64,000 nucleotides of DNA from Vicugna vicugna (lineage: Eukaryota). The position numbers were made by a program, and so were the translations under genes. The DNA is taken from positions 1,001,303 to 1,065,302 of the forward strand of contig MU057640.1 in NCBI GenBank assembly GCA_013265495.1, written 5' to 3'. The notes beneath the pieces are model-generated. The model did no database searches and was not told the origin of the DNA. It was given only the letters and a program-made list of their open reading frames with translations. Positions 23,625-36,710 of this stretch are shown piece by piece (the stretch's first letter is position 1; the number at the start of each line of letters is the position of its first letter).

Positions 23625-24375
23625 TGCTTGCATCTCAGACTCTAGTGCCTTAACTGGGCAAACTAGGTGGAAAGTGGCCCTTACAAAATGGTGAGCCGAC
23701 AGCAATCCTTCCAGCCCGGCTGGGCCACACGCGACCAACAGGCTTGTGAGACTAAGTGTGGGAGATTTATGTCATGCTGACCTAGCTTCCCTCTCCCGCA
23801 CGGTTCCGGGCTGGCACGGACCACAAGAGGCATTTGCTCCGTGTGAGAGTTGCAAGAATGGAGTGAAGGGGCAGCTGCAGTGCTTCTGTATTTGAAAGGT
23901 CAGCACAGGGTGCCAGGGCTGTCGCCTCACTTGTGTGTTATCATTTGTCTCCCGGCCACCTCACTGTTGAGAGGAAGCAAATGGGCCTGTCCAGCCCTTT
24001 GGGAAGCCCTCCTTTACTTTCTCTGACTCCTGGCCACGTGCTTGCTTAGTCCCACGATGAAGGTCAGTCAGCTTCTCCTGGAGGTCGTCCCCATCATGGA
24101 AGTTGCTTGAAGGCAACAAGAGAACAATGCAGGTTCCAGCCCATCCTCCTGGGATCTAGCTTATCCCCAAGGGTCCCAATTCATCTTCACTTCTTCCACT
24201 TCACCTCCACCCTTCCCTCCCACTGCCTGCCCTGCCGACTTCAGGCCCCAGGGCCAGAGACAGAGGCAACGACCTTCCATTGACCTTCCATTGACTGTGT
24301 AACCAGATTCCACAACTGCAATACAATCATAAATCCTTAGGACTCTGCTTCTCTGATCGAATCCTGGCTAAGACA
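23625..24375 (+). mobile_element. ERVL-class LTR, old; subfamily not assigned
   Basis: 3' end CATAAATCCTTAGGACTCTGCTTCTCTGATCGAATCCTGGCTAAGACA resembles ERVL LTR termini; 5' boundary uncertain. Confidence 0.6.
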
Positions 24376-24397
24376 CTGGGGTTGGCAATTTTAAAAA

Positions 24398-24456
24398 AAT
24401 TTTAATTGAAGTGCAGTTGATTTACAATGTTAGTTTCAGATGTTCGGCAAAGTGAT
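24398..24456 (-). mobile_element. Very short L1 3' terminus
   Basis: TTTAATTGAAGTGCAGTTGATTTACAATGTTAGTTTCAGATG is the reverse complement of the L1 end seen at ~5990-6045. Confidence 0.75.
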
Positions 24457-25724
24457 GGCCTTCCCACATCCTTCCGTATTCTGAGACATACTCCAAGTTG
24501 ACAAGACAGCCACATCACTGAGATCCAGGTGGATGGGATCTTATTAGAAGGAAATGAATTTTAGCACATAGATACACTCAGGTTGACTCCAGATAATTAG
24601 AAAATGACTTGCTAAATCAGATAAAGTGGCCATACTTACACAGTGCCTATGGTTATGAGTGTTTCCATCTTTTTAAATGTCATTGAAATTGATTCTGACT
24701 AAACAGACTGGATGCATGTCTTTTTGTATCACCTGATGATTTACTCATTTCCTTTTATCATAATCACTTGTCTCAGAAGGTAACCACCCTTCCACTCAAA
24801 TGTCTGGTGAAGAGCTTTTGGACCACTTGGCATGCGTGATGTGCAACGTTTAATCACTGTCACCCACGTAAGTAAACATACTGGGGAAAACAGCAGTAGG
24901 ATGATGGGGAGAGTCTGTCCCAGTCCTCCAGAATTAATTTTTATTTTGTGGCTGTGGCTCTGTGCATTTAAATATTTTGCGTTTGTCCTTATAAACTCCT
25001 CACAGATCCCATCTTCATAAATATCCTACCTGGTAACTCCTGCACCATTTTCTCAAGGATGAAATAGGACACTGCTGGCATGCTGTGTTCAGGGCAGATT
25101 TCTTATTATTTGGCCTCTTAGCCAGTTTTCTTGAACCACATTGCAAAGAAGACAGAATTAAATGAACTTCACAGAATCTGACAGTTTATGAAGGCAAATT
25201 AGCCAGTCTAGGGTCAGAAGGTACAAACCACCCAGGACTGGCTTTCAGCAGGTCAAGCGTAGAGCTCAGGTATGTGGCTGACAGCGACCAAGGAGACGGC
25301 AGAGGAGAACCTGTATCTGCAGACCCACATGATGTGAATGTAGGGGAAGCATTGGGGTGGGAGGGAAGGTAAAACGCAGAATAAAGCTTTCAGGTAAAAC
25401 AAGGATGGAAGTCGACAAGGTTGGTAGGCAGAGGCCTATCTGTACCTTGTACCTCTCCCTGTCTCTGACTCTCATATGTACACAGTGAAACGTCACCCTC
25501 CCTGAGCAACTGATGAAAAGATGAGGATACTGACCACACCCTAGACTGGCAGCCACTCACAAGCAACATCCCTCAGGCCTGATCATCTCTGGGAATGAAT
25601 CTCCTGCCCTTTACTCTAGAGCCACCTCCTGTGGATCCTATAGGTACAGACAGCTTGAAGAACTTGATCATTTTCCACCATACTTAGTGCAGTGATACCC
25701 CAAGTTTTAAAAGTAGTTGCAGTT

Positions 25725-26125
25725 GACTGTGTTATTGGTCCCAACTCTTTACCCCTTTCTGCATCCATGGGCTGGTCACAGCCTCACAGTGAGCAGTGAA
25801 CTGCCCCACCTCTTGACCTTGGACTTGGCCATGTAACTCGCTTTGGAAGGGACAGTGTGCCAGTTCCAAGCCTAGGCCTGGGAGAAGATGTGATGAGCAC
25901 GCCCTGGCTGGCCCCCTGGCTCAGGAGGGAGGAGGGGCCTATGGAGCAGAACCATCCCGGACACCCACAGACCTGCAGGAAAAAGCAGAGCTGTCCCACT
26001 GCTGCAGCCTAGAGTCCGGCAGCTTGGCAGGGCCCAGGCAAATTGCCGCCAGCCTACACGTGCATGCACAACAATAACTGAGTTTCGGTAGTGCTTTGTC
26101 ACACAGTGACTGCAAGCTGACGATG
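25725..26125 (+). mobile_element. MaLR MLT1-type LTR
   Basis: TATTGGTCCCAACTCTTTACCCC...GACTTGGCCATGTAACTCGCTTTGG...GTGCCAGTTCCAAGCCTAGGCCT. Confidence 0.75.
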
Positions 26126-26722
26126 CCAGAACTCTTGTATAAAACAAAGCCTCGTGCAGAGTCCTATAAACCCACCAGACGAAGGTAGATCTGGTCCCTC
26201 TAAGGCAGGTTGTAGGTCCTTGAGCCCCAGTGACCCCACTCAACAGGAGAGCTTCTGAGGCTCCTCCGCACACCACAGTTCAAAGGCAACTGCTCCACCA
26301 GAAAGTGTACTAGATCAGGAAGTGGAAGTCCTGCGTTCAAATCCACTCTATTACTTAACCACCCTTGGGATTCAGTTTCTTCCTATGCAAGGAAAAAGAG
26401 ACTCAGGCATAATGCTTGGCCAACCCACCTCTGAGGTAGAGCAAATAAGGATACGTGTAAAACTACAGGGAACACTGAGAAGGTATCATGGCCACCGTCA
26501 CCACCACCACTCCCTCCGCAGTCATGCGTGTGGTGGGGCGGACTTGCCAGAGGCGCCCCCTTGGCTGCAATCTAAGTGAGAAGTAGGCTGTGTTAGGGGC
26601 TTCAGACAGGCTGCAGCTCGTAGTCTTTCATGATCCCTCCCAAGCTGCCCACTGACTTCAAATAAAAAGTAGGACAACACATAAGAAGATCATTTTCTAC
26701 AATTCGATTGAAGTGGTAAGCT

Positions 26723-26742
26723 ACACACACACACACACACAC
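26723..26742. repeat. (CA)n microsatellite
   Basis: About 10 AC units seen directly. Confidence 0.9.
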
Positions 26743-26914
26743 TTTAATGTGTGCTTATCCCTTTGTGTGCTTTCTTATGCTCAAGGTAACAACAAATGAT
26801 CTCGAGTTTGGGCTTCGGGAAAGCAAGAGAGACACACACACATGAGGGGCTCCCAGACTGGAGTTTCTCAAGGTCTGCTGGTGCCAAAAGGCACTGAAGC
26901 CTGGAAGACAACAA

Positions 26915-27125
26915 AAGGGCTTTGGAATCAGACCAGCTGGGGTTAAAGTGGGAGCTACTTACTAGTTGTGTGACCTGGTTGGCAAGTCTTATATCTTCTG
27001 TGAACCTGTTTCCTTATCTGAAAATAGTGATTATACTATCTACACAAAGGACTATTGGAAGGATTAACTGAAATATCTATAAAACGATTAGTGCAGGGTC
27101 TAAGAATCCAATAAACAATTACTAT
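26915..27125 (+). mobile_element. MIR SINE
   Basis: CTTTGGAATCAGAC...CTACTTACTAGTTGTGTGACCT...TTTCCTTATCTGAAAATAGTGAT...GGATTAA. Confidence 0.8.
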
Positions 27126-28146
27126 TGTAATTATCTTTGGATGATGGACTATTTCACACTCATTATTCTGCCCTCAGAGGACCATGACTGTTTCTATGAC
27201 ATGTCATTTCTTCTAATTAAGAGCCTGGGCTTTGGAGATTGATGAATGAGGCTGAGACCTGCATCACTGCCACTCAGCTGATTGGTGACCTTGAGTGTTG
27301 TGCAGACCCTCTTAGCCCCTGCAGTAGAAGCCAGGTCCCTGCCCTTGAAGACTTGAGAGCCTTGTAGGCATAGGCATCCAGACAGACTATCATCACCACC
27401 ACCAATGGGTAACATGAAAGAAACACAAGCACAAGTGCTAAAGAAACAAAAAGAGGGAGCAGCTCACCAGCTGCCATGATGTGCTGGAGGGGGTGGATGT
27501 GACGCTGCCAGGAGATCCTCCCAGCCCATCTGTGGCTGGGAGTGCAAACATTCCTCGCCCATCTACATGGTAAATGCCACCATCTGCCCAGTGTGACAAG
27601 TACCTAGAATAAACCTCGTATATTTTATAGCCATATTTCTCTAAGACCAGAGCCCTGCCATGGATTCTGACCTCTCAGAAGAATTATACTAAAGATACAA
27701 GTAGCACCATATCTAAGCAGGAAGGCAAAACTGAGAACTGGCAGTAAAGTGTGACCCATCCAGCTTCTTTAACCTTTTCAGTTAAGACATGTTCTAGACA
27801 TGGATGAACTGCCAGATCACTACTTGCAACTGCCAGGTCTACCACTTTTTATGGGCACACAAGGATTTAAGCAAAGGGTCTGAATGCTCCTCTGAGGCTC
27901 CCTTTCTGAGTCCACATTGAATGGTTATTTGAAACCCCCTCAAGCCATGTAACCTGAGTAGATGCCGCTGGCCACAGACATGCAAATGTGGTCCTCTCCA
28001 GCTCTCTTGATCCGTGTTGGTGGTAACCTCCAACAGGAAAAGTCAGTTTATCAAAACCCTGTTGAGGAGTGCCATGAATAATGTACAATGGTAACTGAAA
28101 TGTTTGTGAAGTCCTACTGTGTTCTAGACATTTTAACAGACTTTTT

Positions 28147-28636
28147 AACATATTTTTGTGGCTCTGTTATTCACACTATATTTTATTATTTTATTTTATT
28201 TTTTAATTTATATACTTTTATTGAAGTATTTTTATTGAACACTTGCAATGTTGTGTTAGTTTCTGGTGTACAGCACAGTGATTCAGTATATATATATATA
28301 TTCCTGTTCATGTTCTTTTTCATTATAGGTTATTACAAGATAGCACTATTTACAACAGCCAAGACATGGAAGCAACCCAAATGCCCATTGACGGATGACT
28401 GAACAAAGAAGCCACAGTATACATATACAATGGAATACCACACAGCCATGAAAAAGAACAAAACAAGGCCACCTGCAGCAAGCAACATGGACAGACCCAG
28501 AGATCACCATACCAAGTGAAGCAAGCCAGAAAGACAAACAGCTTATGACATCACTTACACATGGAATCCAAAAAAAAAAAAAAAAGACACCAATGAACTT
28601 ATTTACAGAACAGAAACAGACTCACAGACACAGAAA
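28147..28636 (-). mobile_element. L1 insertion with 5' inversion (twin-priming structure)
   Basis: Minus-strand 3' terminus (~28181-28342) abuts a plus-strand upstream segment (28343-28636); candidate TSD TTAACAGACTTTTT (28133-28146) / TCAATAGACTTTTT (28637-28650). Confidence 0.85.
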
Positions 28637-30687
28637 TCAATAGACTTTTTCTTTAAAGCAAGTCAAACTGTATTTTAAAGAGGTAACCGTAGACAGAGTA
28701 TATGACCCATCCTGACTTCCCATTTGTAATTTTTAAGTAGCAAGTCATATAGAAGTGCTGGGAATTCTCCTGGGAGGTATACTAATTTAGCATTAGTTAC
28801 CACTTCCCTTCCATATGGAATGGCCACTCACCAGTTAAATTTGTTCCTGATCATCCTGGAAGGAAAAGAGCAAGAACGTCCATTCACTCCCGAGATGTCA
28901 TCTGTCAGCACTTCGGTGCCTTTTTTCCATGTAAGGAGAGTTGGATGTAATTTACTTTAGCTAAAAAGAATCGATCTCTTTTTACAGTAACTGTGGAAAA
29001 GAAAATGTTACTTGGTAAGAGCAAAAGTGGGCAGAGAGAGGCAGGCTGGAAGGAAGAGAAGGATGACAGACTGTTCTGACTTCAGCCCTCCTAGCAAAGA
29101 GCTCAGTGAAGCACAATTAGAGAAGTTGGAAAGTGAGGCAGGAGTTCTGACTTGATGTGGGGAACAATGAGGAAGCATCAGTGGGTGCTGGGCGGGAAAG
29201 TGGCCTGGGGAAGGGAGAGTTTGGAGACCTCGGCTGGTTAGGTGCTTGACAGATTTAAGAAGGACAGAGGTCAAGACAAGAAGAAAGTGTGGAAGCTGGG
29301 AGACGTGACTAGCCCTGAAAAAGATGAAGACAAAGTGTCGGCCCTGCCTCCTGCCCTCCAGCCTCCCAGAGTCCTTGTGATCATCACCTGGGCCGGTGGA
29401 TATAAAGGATCAGACAAAATGTTGCTTCTTAAAACATTTCCATTTTTAGTTACTGCTTATTCTACAGCCCTAAACACCAACGCAATCGGTTATAAAGAGT
29501 TCAAGTAGAAATTTTACATAGAAAGTGGCACAAGAATGTACACATTGGCACAAGGATGGAGCATACTCTGGGTCTACACTCTGATGCTCAATAAACTAAC
29601 TGCTGAGTAGGGAGGGAAATGGAAAGGAAAAAGGCAAGAAAACCAAAGCGGTTCCCTCCCTCCTACAAGACCCGACAGAGAGGATAGACTCCCTCCCAAG
29701 ACACTCATGGGCAGTTCTCTCCTCTCCTCTACGTGTGTGTGTTTGTGTGTGCACGCACGTATGCACGTAGTGAGGCAGAGAGGAGAGGGGAATGAGGCAC
29801 ACCGTCTGCAGTGATAAGATGAGGCTATTGTTTGCTGCACAGAACACTTTAAAAAGTGTTTACTTCCATAGATCCAGTTATTAGCAGGGTATTTCTGGGC
29901 AATATACTCTCAAGTCTCTTTGTATATAAACCGGGGTTGAGGGTACTATTTTGCCACGTGGTGCAAATCAGATAAGAACATGTGTGCAAAACAGCCAAGT
30001 CCCTCAGGGAACGGTGATTGCGAAGCCATCCTGAACAAAGCAACTCTACAGTGACAGCTGCAACACTGATTTTTAAGAAAGGAGAACTGACAGCAGTCCT
30101 CAAAAAATAGCATACATTGCACATCAGGAAGTTTTATTTTTGACTAACAAATCCATCTTTTTTGATATTTAGTGATGGAGATTGTTGAGGTGGAAGGAAT
30201 TCTGGATTAAGGCAATGCGGGCTTGGGGTCTAAATCTCAAAGCCCCTGTGATATTGTGCAAGTCACTTCCCTTTCACTTTACTTCCCACAACATCTCAGT
30301 GTGTGACTTTGGTATATGATTGGCCAGACACATGGGTCAACAAATTATTAAAGCACTTAAGATAGTATCTGTTCATTACAAGAAACTATACACATTTCTT
30401 ACCTTTATGAGGAAATTATATGCCCTGAGAAGGAGACCAAACCATGTTGATTAACATCCTTCTGCCCAAGATCACACTTACTTCTTCTGTATTGTCACCC
30501 TTATTTTGCTCTATAACTGGCCAAGACAAAGCTCACCCAGCTCTGCATAATAATCCATTGCATTTTAGGAGCCAACTCTTTTCATTACTTCTCATAATTA
30601 CATTTATAAACGTTTTGTCCCAGCTCCAAAAATGCTCTCACTCTCAAGTTCTACAGTCCCAAGTTCTATAATCATAATTTTAAAAAC

Positions 30688-33600
30688 GGAGGAGTTCAAG
30701 ATGGCAATGGTACCGGTAACATAATTGTTTGGATCTCCTGGAATCCCCACATATAAATATACAGAGCAATCGAATAGAAAAATTCATTTAGTTCATTTAA
30801 AATTCATGGACAACACTTACAACAAAACTTGGTGGCGAGGTATCCCCACAAACACCACAGTACAAGCAGGTAAGGATAAACCTCCAAGAGCTGCACGACC
30901 AGCCACCTCCTGCCCCTAGGGCAGCACTTCACACTGGTAAAAAACTACTGGGAGGAAAATGAAAATTAAGCAACACAGATATAACAAAGATGAAAACCCA
31001 GAACAGCCAGATAACCATGGAGAAGGAAAAAAAAGAGAAAATTTCAGACAGCAAGTTAAAAAAACATACTACATGAATTGAAGAGGGAGTTCTGTAAAGT
31101 TAGAAACAAAGCTATCTGAACCAAGCCTCTTTCTAAATCAAGAAAATGAGTGACACAAAAGCGTGGAGATCAAATTCTGCACAATATTATTATAAGAAAA
31201 AAAAAAAGAAAAAGGACTGAAATAACAACTCTGCAAACAATGAAAGCATCCCGAGGAAAACAGCCTCAAAAGTTAGACCACAGCAACAAGACACAATTTC
31301 TAAATTTGCCAAAATACACTAAAAAAAAATTAGACATAAAAGAACAAAAATTTGTTCTTAGGAATATAAATATAACTAGAAAAGAATTCCGAAATGAGGT
31401 GACAAACTTCAGAGAATTAGAAATTTTGGAAATAAAGCATTAACTACAAAAAACTTAAGGGTGAATTAAAACAATAAATAATCGCTTAAGTGAGATGGAA
31501 AATAGTTTTACAAATCTAAAGAAATGAAGAAAGATAAATATCCTTCAAGGAAAAATAACACATTTTGAAGAGAAGTCTCCAAAGAAAAAATAATAAAACA
31601 AGAGGATGTAACAAATTAAACTTTGATGAAGAAAATTTTCCCAAAAAACAAAAAATTTAGAAATTAAATGTTAACATGTAGTTTAAAAAGAAATTATTAC
31701 ATATGTGAGAATAATGATGCAGAATTACCAACATCAAGACATATACTACTAAAAATTACAAGACTCTAGAGAAAAAAATTTAAAAATTCTTTGGGCTTCT
31801 AGGTAAAAAGAGAACATGTCTTATAAGAGAAAGAAAACTAGACTACCATCATAACTTTATAGCCATGTTTACGCCAGAAGGAAATTGAGTAACATATTTG
31901 AGGTACTCAAGGAAAGAAAATAAAAGCCAAGGATTTTATAGCCAAACAAACTGAGCCATAACCCCCTTCCTAAGGAATCTACTAGAGAATAAGCTTCAGA
32001 AAACCAAATGACTAGAGAATCATTGACATAAAGATCATGGTATTAAATATATAAAATTAAGAATTAACGTTCAATGAGGGTTGAATGGGAGAGAGTATAC
32101 CACGTAACAACTATTACCTGGTAACACAGGTTAGGTATTACCATAAAATATTAGGAGAAAACAAAACTAGCACATGCACAATTCTTAAACTCTTTTTAGT
32201 TATCATAGTTGCTGCTGGTAGTAATAACATTGTGTGTGTAATGCGGAATAGAGCAAATGAGTAATTATGAGATATTCGAATGTAGCATTCTGTATGTCTT
32301 TGAGGACCAAGATTCCTGAGGTGGAAGAAAGGAGATAAAGAGGCCAGATAGAAAAGATTAAGTGAAAACCCGTGGTCCTAAAGTGTAAACATCAGAATAA
32401 ACATATGAGGAATTTTAACTTTACATACATTTAAATATATATTTAATTATAAAAATATATAGATACATTATATCTTACATAGGTATAGAAAAACGTATGC
32501 ATATAGTTATAAATATTTCCTAGTTCCACCACGGAAAAATGCAGGAAAAAGGACCAATGCAGTAGCCACGAGCATCTAGTTTGTGGTTCTGATGTATCAT
32601 TTTCCCATTAAGAGAGGCAGAGGTTTCTTGAAGGAAGAACTGATTCCTGGTCTCAGGCAAGAAATGTGCAAGATGAGCCTGGAACACAGAAGGAGTCAGA
32701 GCACTGGAGTCATAGCAAAAGGAATCAGGAACCAAGTTGAAGAGGCTCCCACCAGCCAACAGATGGAACAATCTGAGCTTTAATAAAGATGAGGTTGGCC
32801 ATTGTTTGATGCCCTTCCAATATGTTTAAACCTAGTAGTTCTTAAAAAATTTTTTCTTAAATTTTTTCTTAAAAAAATTGGTCACCTTCTGATTATAACA
32901 GGAAATAATTCACCATCTTGAAACTAGGTAGATAAAAAGAAAGATGAGCATTTTATCTGCTTTCATGTATGAACCCCATCACTGAGCAGCCATATAGTGA
33001 TAGAAATTTATTTCATAGAAATTATTCTAGCTAACAAATGAAAATAAAATGGCAGAATATTGCCAATATACGCCTCCCAATAGATCTCGGTATTGAGCAT
33101 CTATGATTGTCAACATCAAACAACAGTAAAACTAGACATCGTGTGCTTCCTGTTGAAAGAACTCAACACTACCTATAGTCTTGGCAAAAAGATCATGCTT
33201 GGGTTTGATAAAGTTTCCATATCCAGCTGCCAATAGGCAGGAAATGCAGAGGAACATGCCGAAATGAACCATGAGTATGCAATCAGCCAAATCCACACTC
33301 CAGGAAGCTCCAATAGGTCATACAATCCAGGTTACTCAACAGAAACATTGTATGATAAAGAAAGTGACAGTGGAGAGAAACTGTAGGTTGAAAGACAAAA
33401 AGTTAATAACAGTGGGAAAGTCTAAACTATAGTATCTGGGGATATGCAATTCAGTGATAAAACTATCAAGAGAACAGGAAGAAATTACTATAAAACTCAA
33501 GACAGTGGTTTTCTTGAAAGGAGGAAGGACCTGTGGTTGGGAGGGGGCACATGGAGGGGCTTCTGAAGTGACTGGAAAAGTTCTATTTCTTGATCTACGT

Positions 33601-33885
33601 GGTAGTTACAAAAAATGTCTACCTCATGTTAAATAGTTCACTAACCCAATGGTTCTCAAAATCAAGCGTGCATGGGGAACCTCTGTTTCAAGAGACCCCC
33701 ATCTCCATCGTTTATGATTTAATAAGTCTCCACAGAAGCTCAACCATGTGCATTTCTAGCAAGTTCTAAGATAATTCTGATACTGCTGATGTGGAGCCCA
33801 CATTTCAAGAATCTTTGCATTAAGCTATATTTTGTTTTGTATGGTTTTTTTTCAGTCTTATTTTATTTTTCAATGAAAAGGTTAA
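30688..33885 (+). mobile_element. ORF2-less L1 derivative (HAL1-like): 5' end, ORF1 remnant, L1MC-type 3' UTR
   Basis: Starts GGAGGAGTTCAAGATGGC; A-rich decayed ORF1-like region ~31150-32030 (AGCCAAGGATTTTATAGCCAAACAAACTG); L1MC3/4-like 3' UTR (GAAATGTGCAAGATGAGCCTGGAACA, GAAGAGGCTCCCACCAGCCAA, TTCTATTTCTTGATCT); no recognisable ORF2 between them. Confidence 0.7.
33647..33817. mobile_element. MER5-type hAT MITE nested in the HAL1-like 3' UTR
   Basis: CAATGGTTCTCAAA...TGCATTTCTAGCAAGTTC...CACATTTCAAGAATCTTTG; degenerate 8-bp TSD CACTAACC / CATTAAGC. Confidence 0.75.
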
Positions 33886-34105
33886 GTGAATGAATGGGAT
33901 GGATGCATGAATGGATGGATGGATGGGAGGGAGGAATGGAAGGATGGATGGATGGATGGGATGGATGGGATGGATGGATGGAAGGATGGAATGACTGGGA
34001 TGAAATGAGTGGGACAGATGGGTAGGATGGATGAGTGAGATGGATGGGATGGGTGGATTGAGTTGGTTTGTGGGTTAGGTGGGTTGGGTCTGTGGATGAA
34101 TTTGG
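33886..34105. repeat. Degenerate (GGAT/TGGA)n simple repeat
   Basis: Runs of GGATGGATGG and GGGATG seen directly. Confidence 0.9.
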
Positions 34106-35384
34106 TAGGTGGAAAGATAGGCAGACACAGAGATAAATAGAACTAGGGGGAAATCATATTAATACCTGAGAAGATTACCATTACCATTCATACATTACAC
34201 ACCTGGTCTCTCTTCAGCGATGTGCTACACAACTCATGTTTGCTAGGTATCCCACTGTAACTTCTGGATATTTTTCTACCAATCATTATCTGGAAGTTTC
34301 TCAATCGGAAATGAGTTGGAATGTACTTGGTGCCCATGTTGAAGACATCTTATAGTGGTTTATTGATAAAGTTGGACACTGTTTTCCTCATAGAAAAGAT
34401 ATTATATACAGAAAGTCTACATCTGTGTATCTCTCTACAATCTTTCACTTTTTTTAATTAAACAAAAATTCATTCTACTGCATCTTCTGACAAGACTTCT
34501 CTCCAAAAGACTGCTATGGCACTATTTAGAAAAGATAAATCCTGGTTTCCCAAACGATCAAGTACATGAACATTTCTTACGCTCTCAACATTCATCCTTA
34601 GACCAAAATAAAAGGCAAAGTGCACCTGAGAGCCAAGAATAAAAATGTGGTGCAAGTTCAAATATCAGAATATAAGCATTAGTTATTTAAGTTTTAGGAA
34701 TATTTCCTAGAAAGAAAAAAAAAAAGCAGAGTAGTAAATAAAATAAGTGCCCTGAAATACAAAAGAGCAAAATTCCTAGAATTTTAAGAAAATCAAGCCT
34801 TGATTTTGTAATATCAAAGGACACTCACAAGATTTATCTAGCTAATAAATTCAATTCTACCACTGTTTATATGCCTGCTGCGTGAAAGTACAAAAATGAA
34901 TAGAACATAATCCTTGCCCTCAGGACATTAAAACTCAAAAATCTCCACCACATTTTAAACTCTAAGACCAGGCAACATGTGAGTAATCATATAAGAGAAT
35001 TAAAAAAAAAAACAAAAAACAAGGAGAGAGAGAAACTGATTTATTAGAGGCAAAAACATAGTTGGCCCGTCTCACTGGTAGAGGAGCCATCAATGAGTTG
35101 CGTGCAGCTATCCAGAGCAGGCTGCGTACGAGCCCCATTTCCTCCTGTATTACTGGCTGATGCCTGATAGTCAACACACGCAGTTACATGCTGATGTCAG
35201 GATTCTAGTCTTACCGGGCCAGTATAACACTCTAATAACTTAGCTGCATTTGAGTTTCAATGCAGTGATTCTTAGGTTGGGGACCACAGACCTACCACAG
35301 ATGTGAACTTTCTACTGACTCTTAAATGTTTATATGTTTTGTTTAAATACTAATCTAAAAAATATTAATAGAGGCACAATCAGA

Positions 35385-35546
35385 GCTTGGTACTCAGAGT
35401 GCTGTCCCTGCACCACCGCATGAGCCTCACCTGAGCGCTTGCTGGAAATGCAGAAACGTGGGCCCCACCCCAGTCCTGCTGAAACAGTCTGCATTTTCCC
35501 AAGACCTTCAGGTGATTGATCTGCACGTTAAAAGTTGAAAGACGCT
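35385..35546. mobile_element. MER5A-type hAT MITE
   Basis: GCTTGCTGGAAATGCAGAAACGTGGGCCCCACCCCAG...TCTGCATTTTCCCAAGACCTTCAGGTGATT...AAAGTTGAAA. Confidence 0.8.
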
Positions 35547-36488
35547 AAATTAGATAGCCATCTGATGACCAAGCACTGCCCGGCGACTTCAGCATTCATA
35601 TTTGGGTTTATAATCAAATCAATGCCATGAAGTACTGTTGTAATTATTGCCACCTAAAGAGAAGGGACAGAGATGGACTTGATAACAAAATGAGGCTCTC
35701 ATGCCAAACGATGGTCGAATAATGTCACTGGACACTGTGGAATGAAAGGATGTGCAGTCATCTGAACAGAGAAAATTGAGGGAGAACTGAAGCATCAAAG
35801 GCCTCGGCAGTTTCGAGTCAGGAATCGTTTTAGTAAAAATAATATCGTCTATGTTAGGTTAATGCTATTATTTTGAAAGTCTGAAGTTTTTCTTGTCTTT
35901 AACATTTCAATCTGTTCGTTTCCAAAGTTTTCTTAGTTTACAGATGTGTAACAGCTATATGCAAACATAATTAGTTTATATACAGCTTTATGTTGGTACA
36001 TATTTAAGTAACACTGTAATAAAAATATAAATCCATACCTAACTTCACAAGACTGCCGTTCTTTTAAAGGGAAATATCACTCACATTAGGTAAACACTAC
36101 AGTGGTGAGAATAAAGGATCAGAATTGATTTTGACAGAGAAGAAAGGAAAAAGCAGGAAGACACGGGTGACCTGGACGTCAGGGGACAGCACCGCCTAGA
36201 AACATCTCTCCCACCTCACATCTTTGCTTCGGGTGACAGAGGACATTAGCCCATAAAATAACATTTTTCTGGGTGAAAAGTCACTACTGTTCCTCCCAAA
36301 TCATTTTACAAAATGAAATGAAACTAAGATGAAAGGATACTCAGTAAGTTCCTGGGGAAATGCCTAGAAATAATAATAGTAATAAGATGAATAATAAATA
36401 GCAATTACTCTGGGCCAGGCATTCTTCTAAGCACTTCGCCTACATTAACTCACAGCTCTATTAATAACCCCCAGCAACATCACGCTTT

Positions 36489-36710
36489 TGGTAGACTGTA
36501 AAAATGGCCACACTCCTTCACTCACAGGTGGACTCTGCTTCTGCCCCCTGGGAATCTGGTTGGTCTTAATGACTTGCTTTGACCAATGGGACACAGTGCA
36601 AGTGAGGATGTGCTATTTCTGAGTCTAAGCTTCCACTGGCCTCTGCATCCTTTCATCACACTCACAGGGATTCTGTCTCTACCATGGGAGTAAGCCCCGG
36701 CATAGTCATC
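36489..36710 (+). mobile_element. MLT1-type LTR 5' fragment
   Basis: TGGTAGACTGTAAAAATGGCCAC...GAATCTGGTTGGTCTTAATGACTTGCTTTGACCAATGGGAC. Confidence 0.7.

Noticed and set aside
34470..34661. Minus-strand ORF MNVESVRNVHVLDRLGNQDLSF... after a pyrimidine tract
   Set aside because: Peptide not recognised and no supporting donor or poly(A) context; treated as chance.
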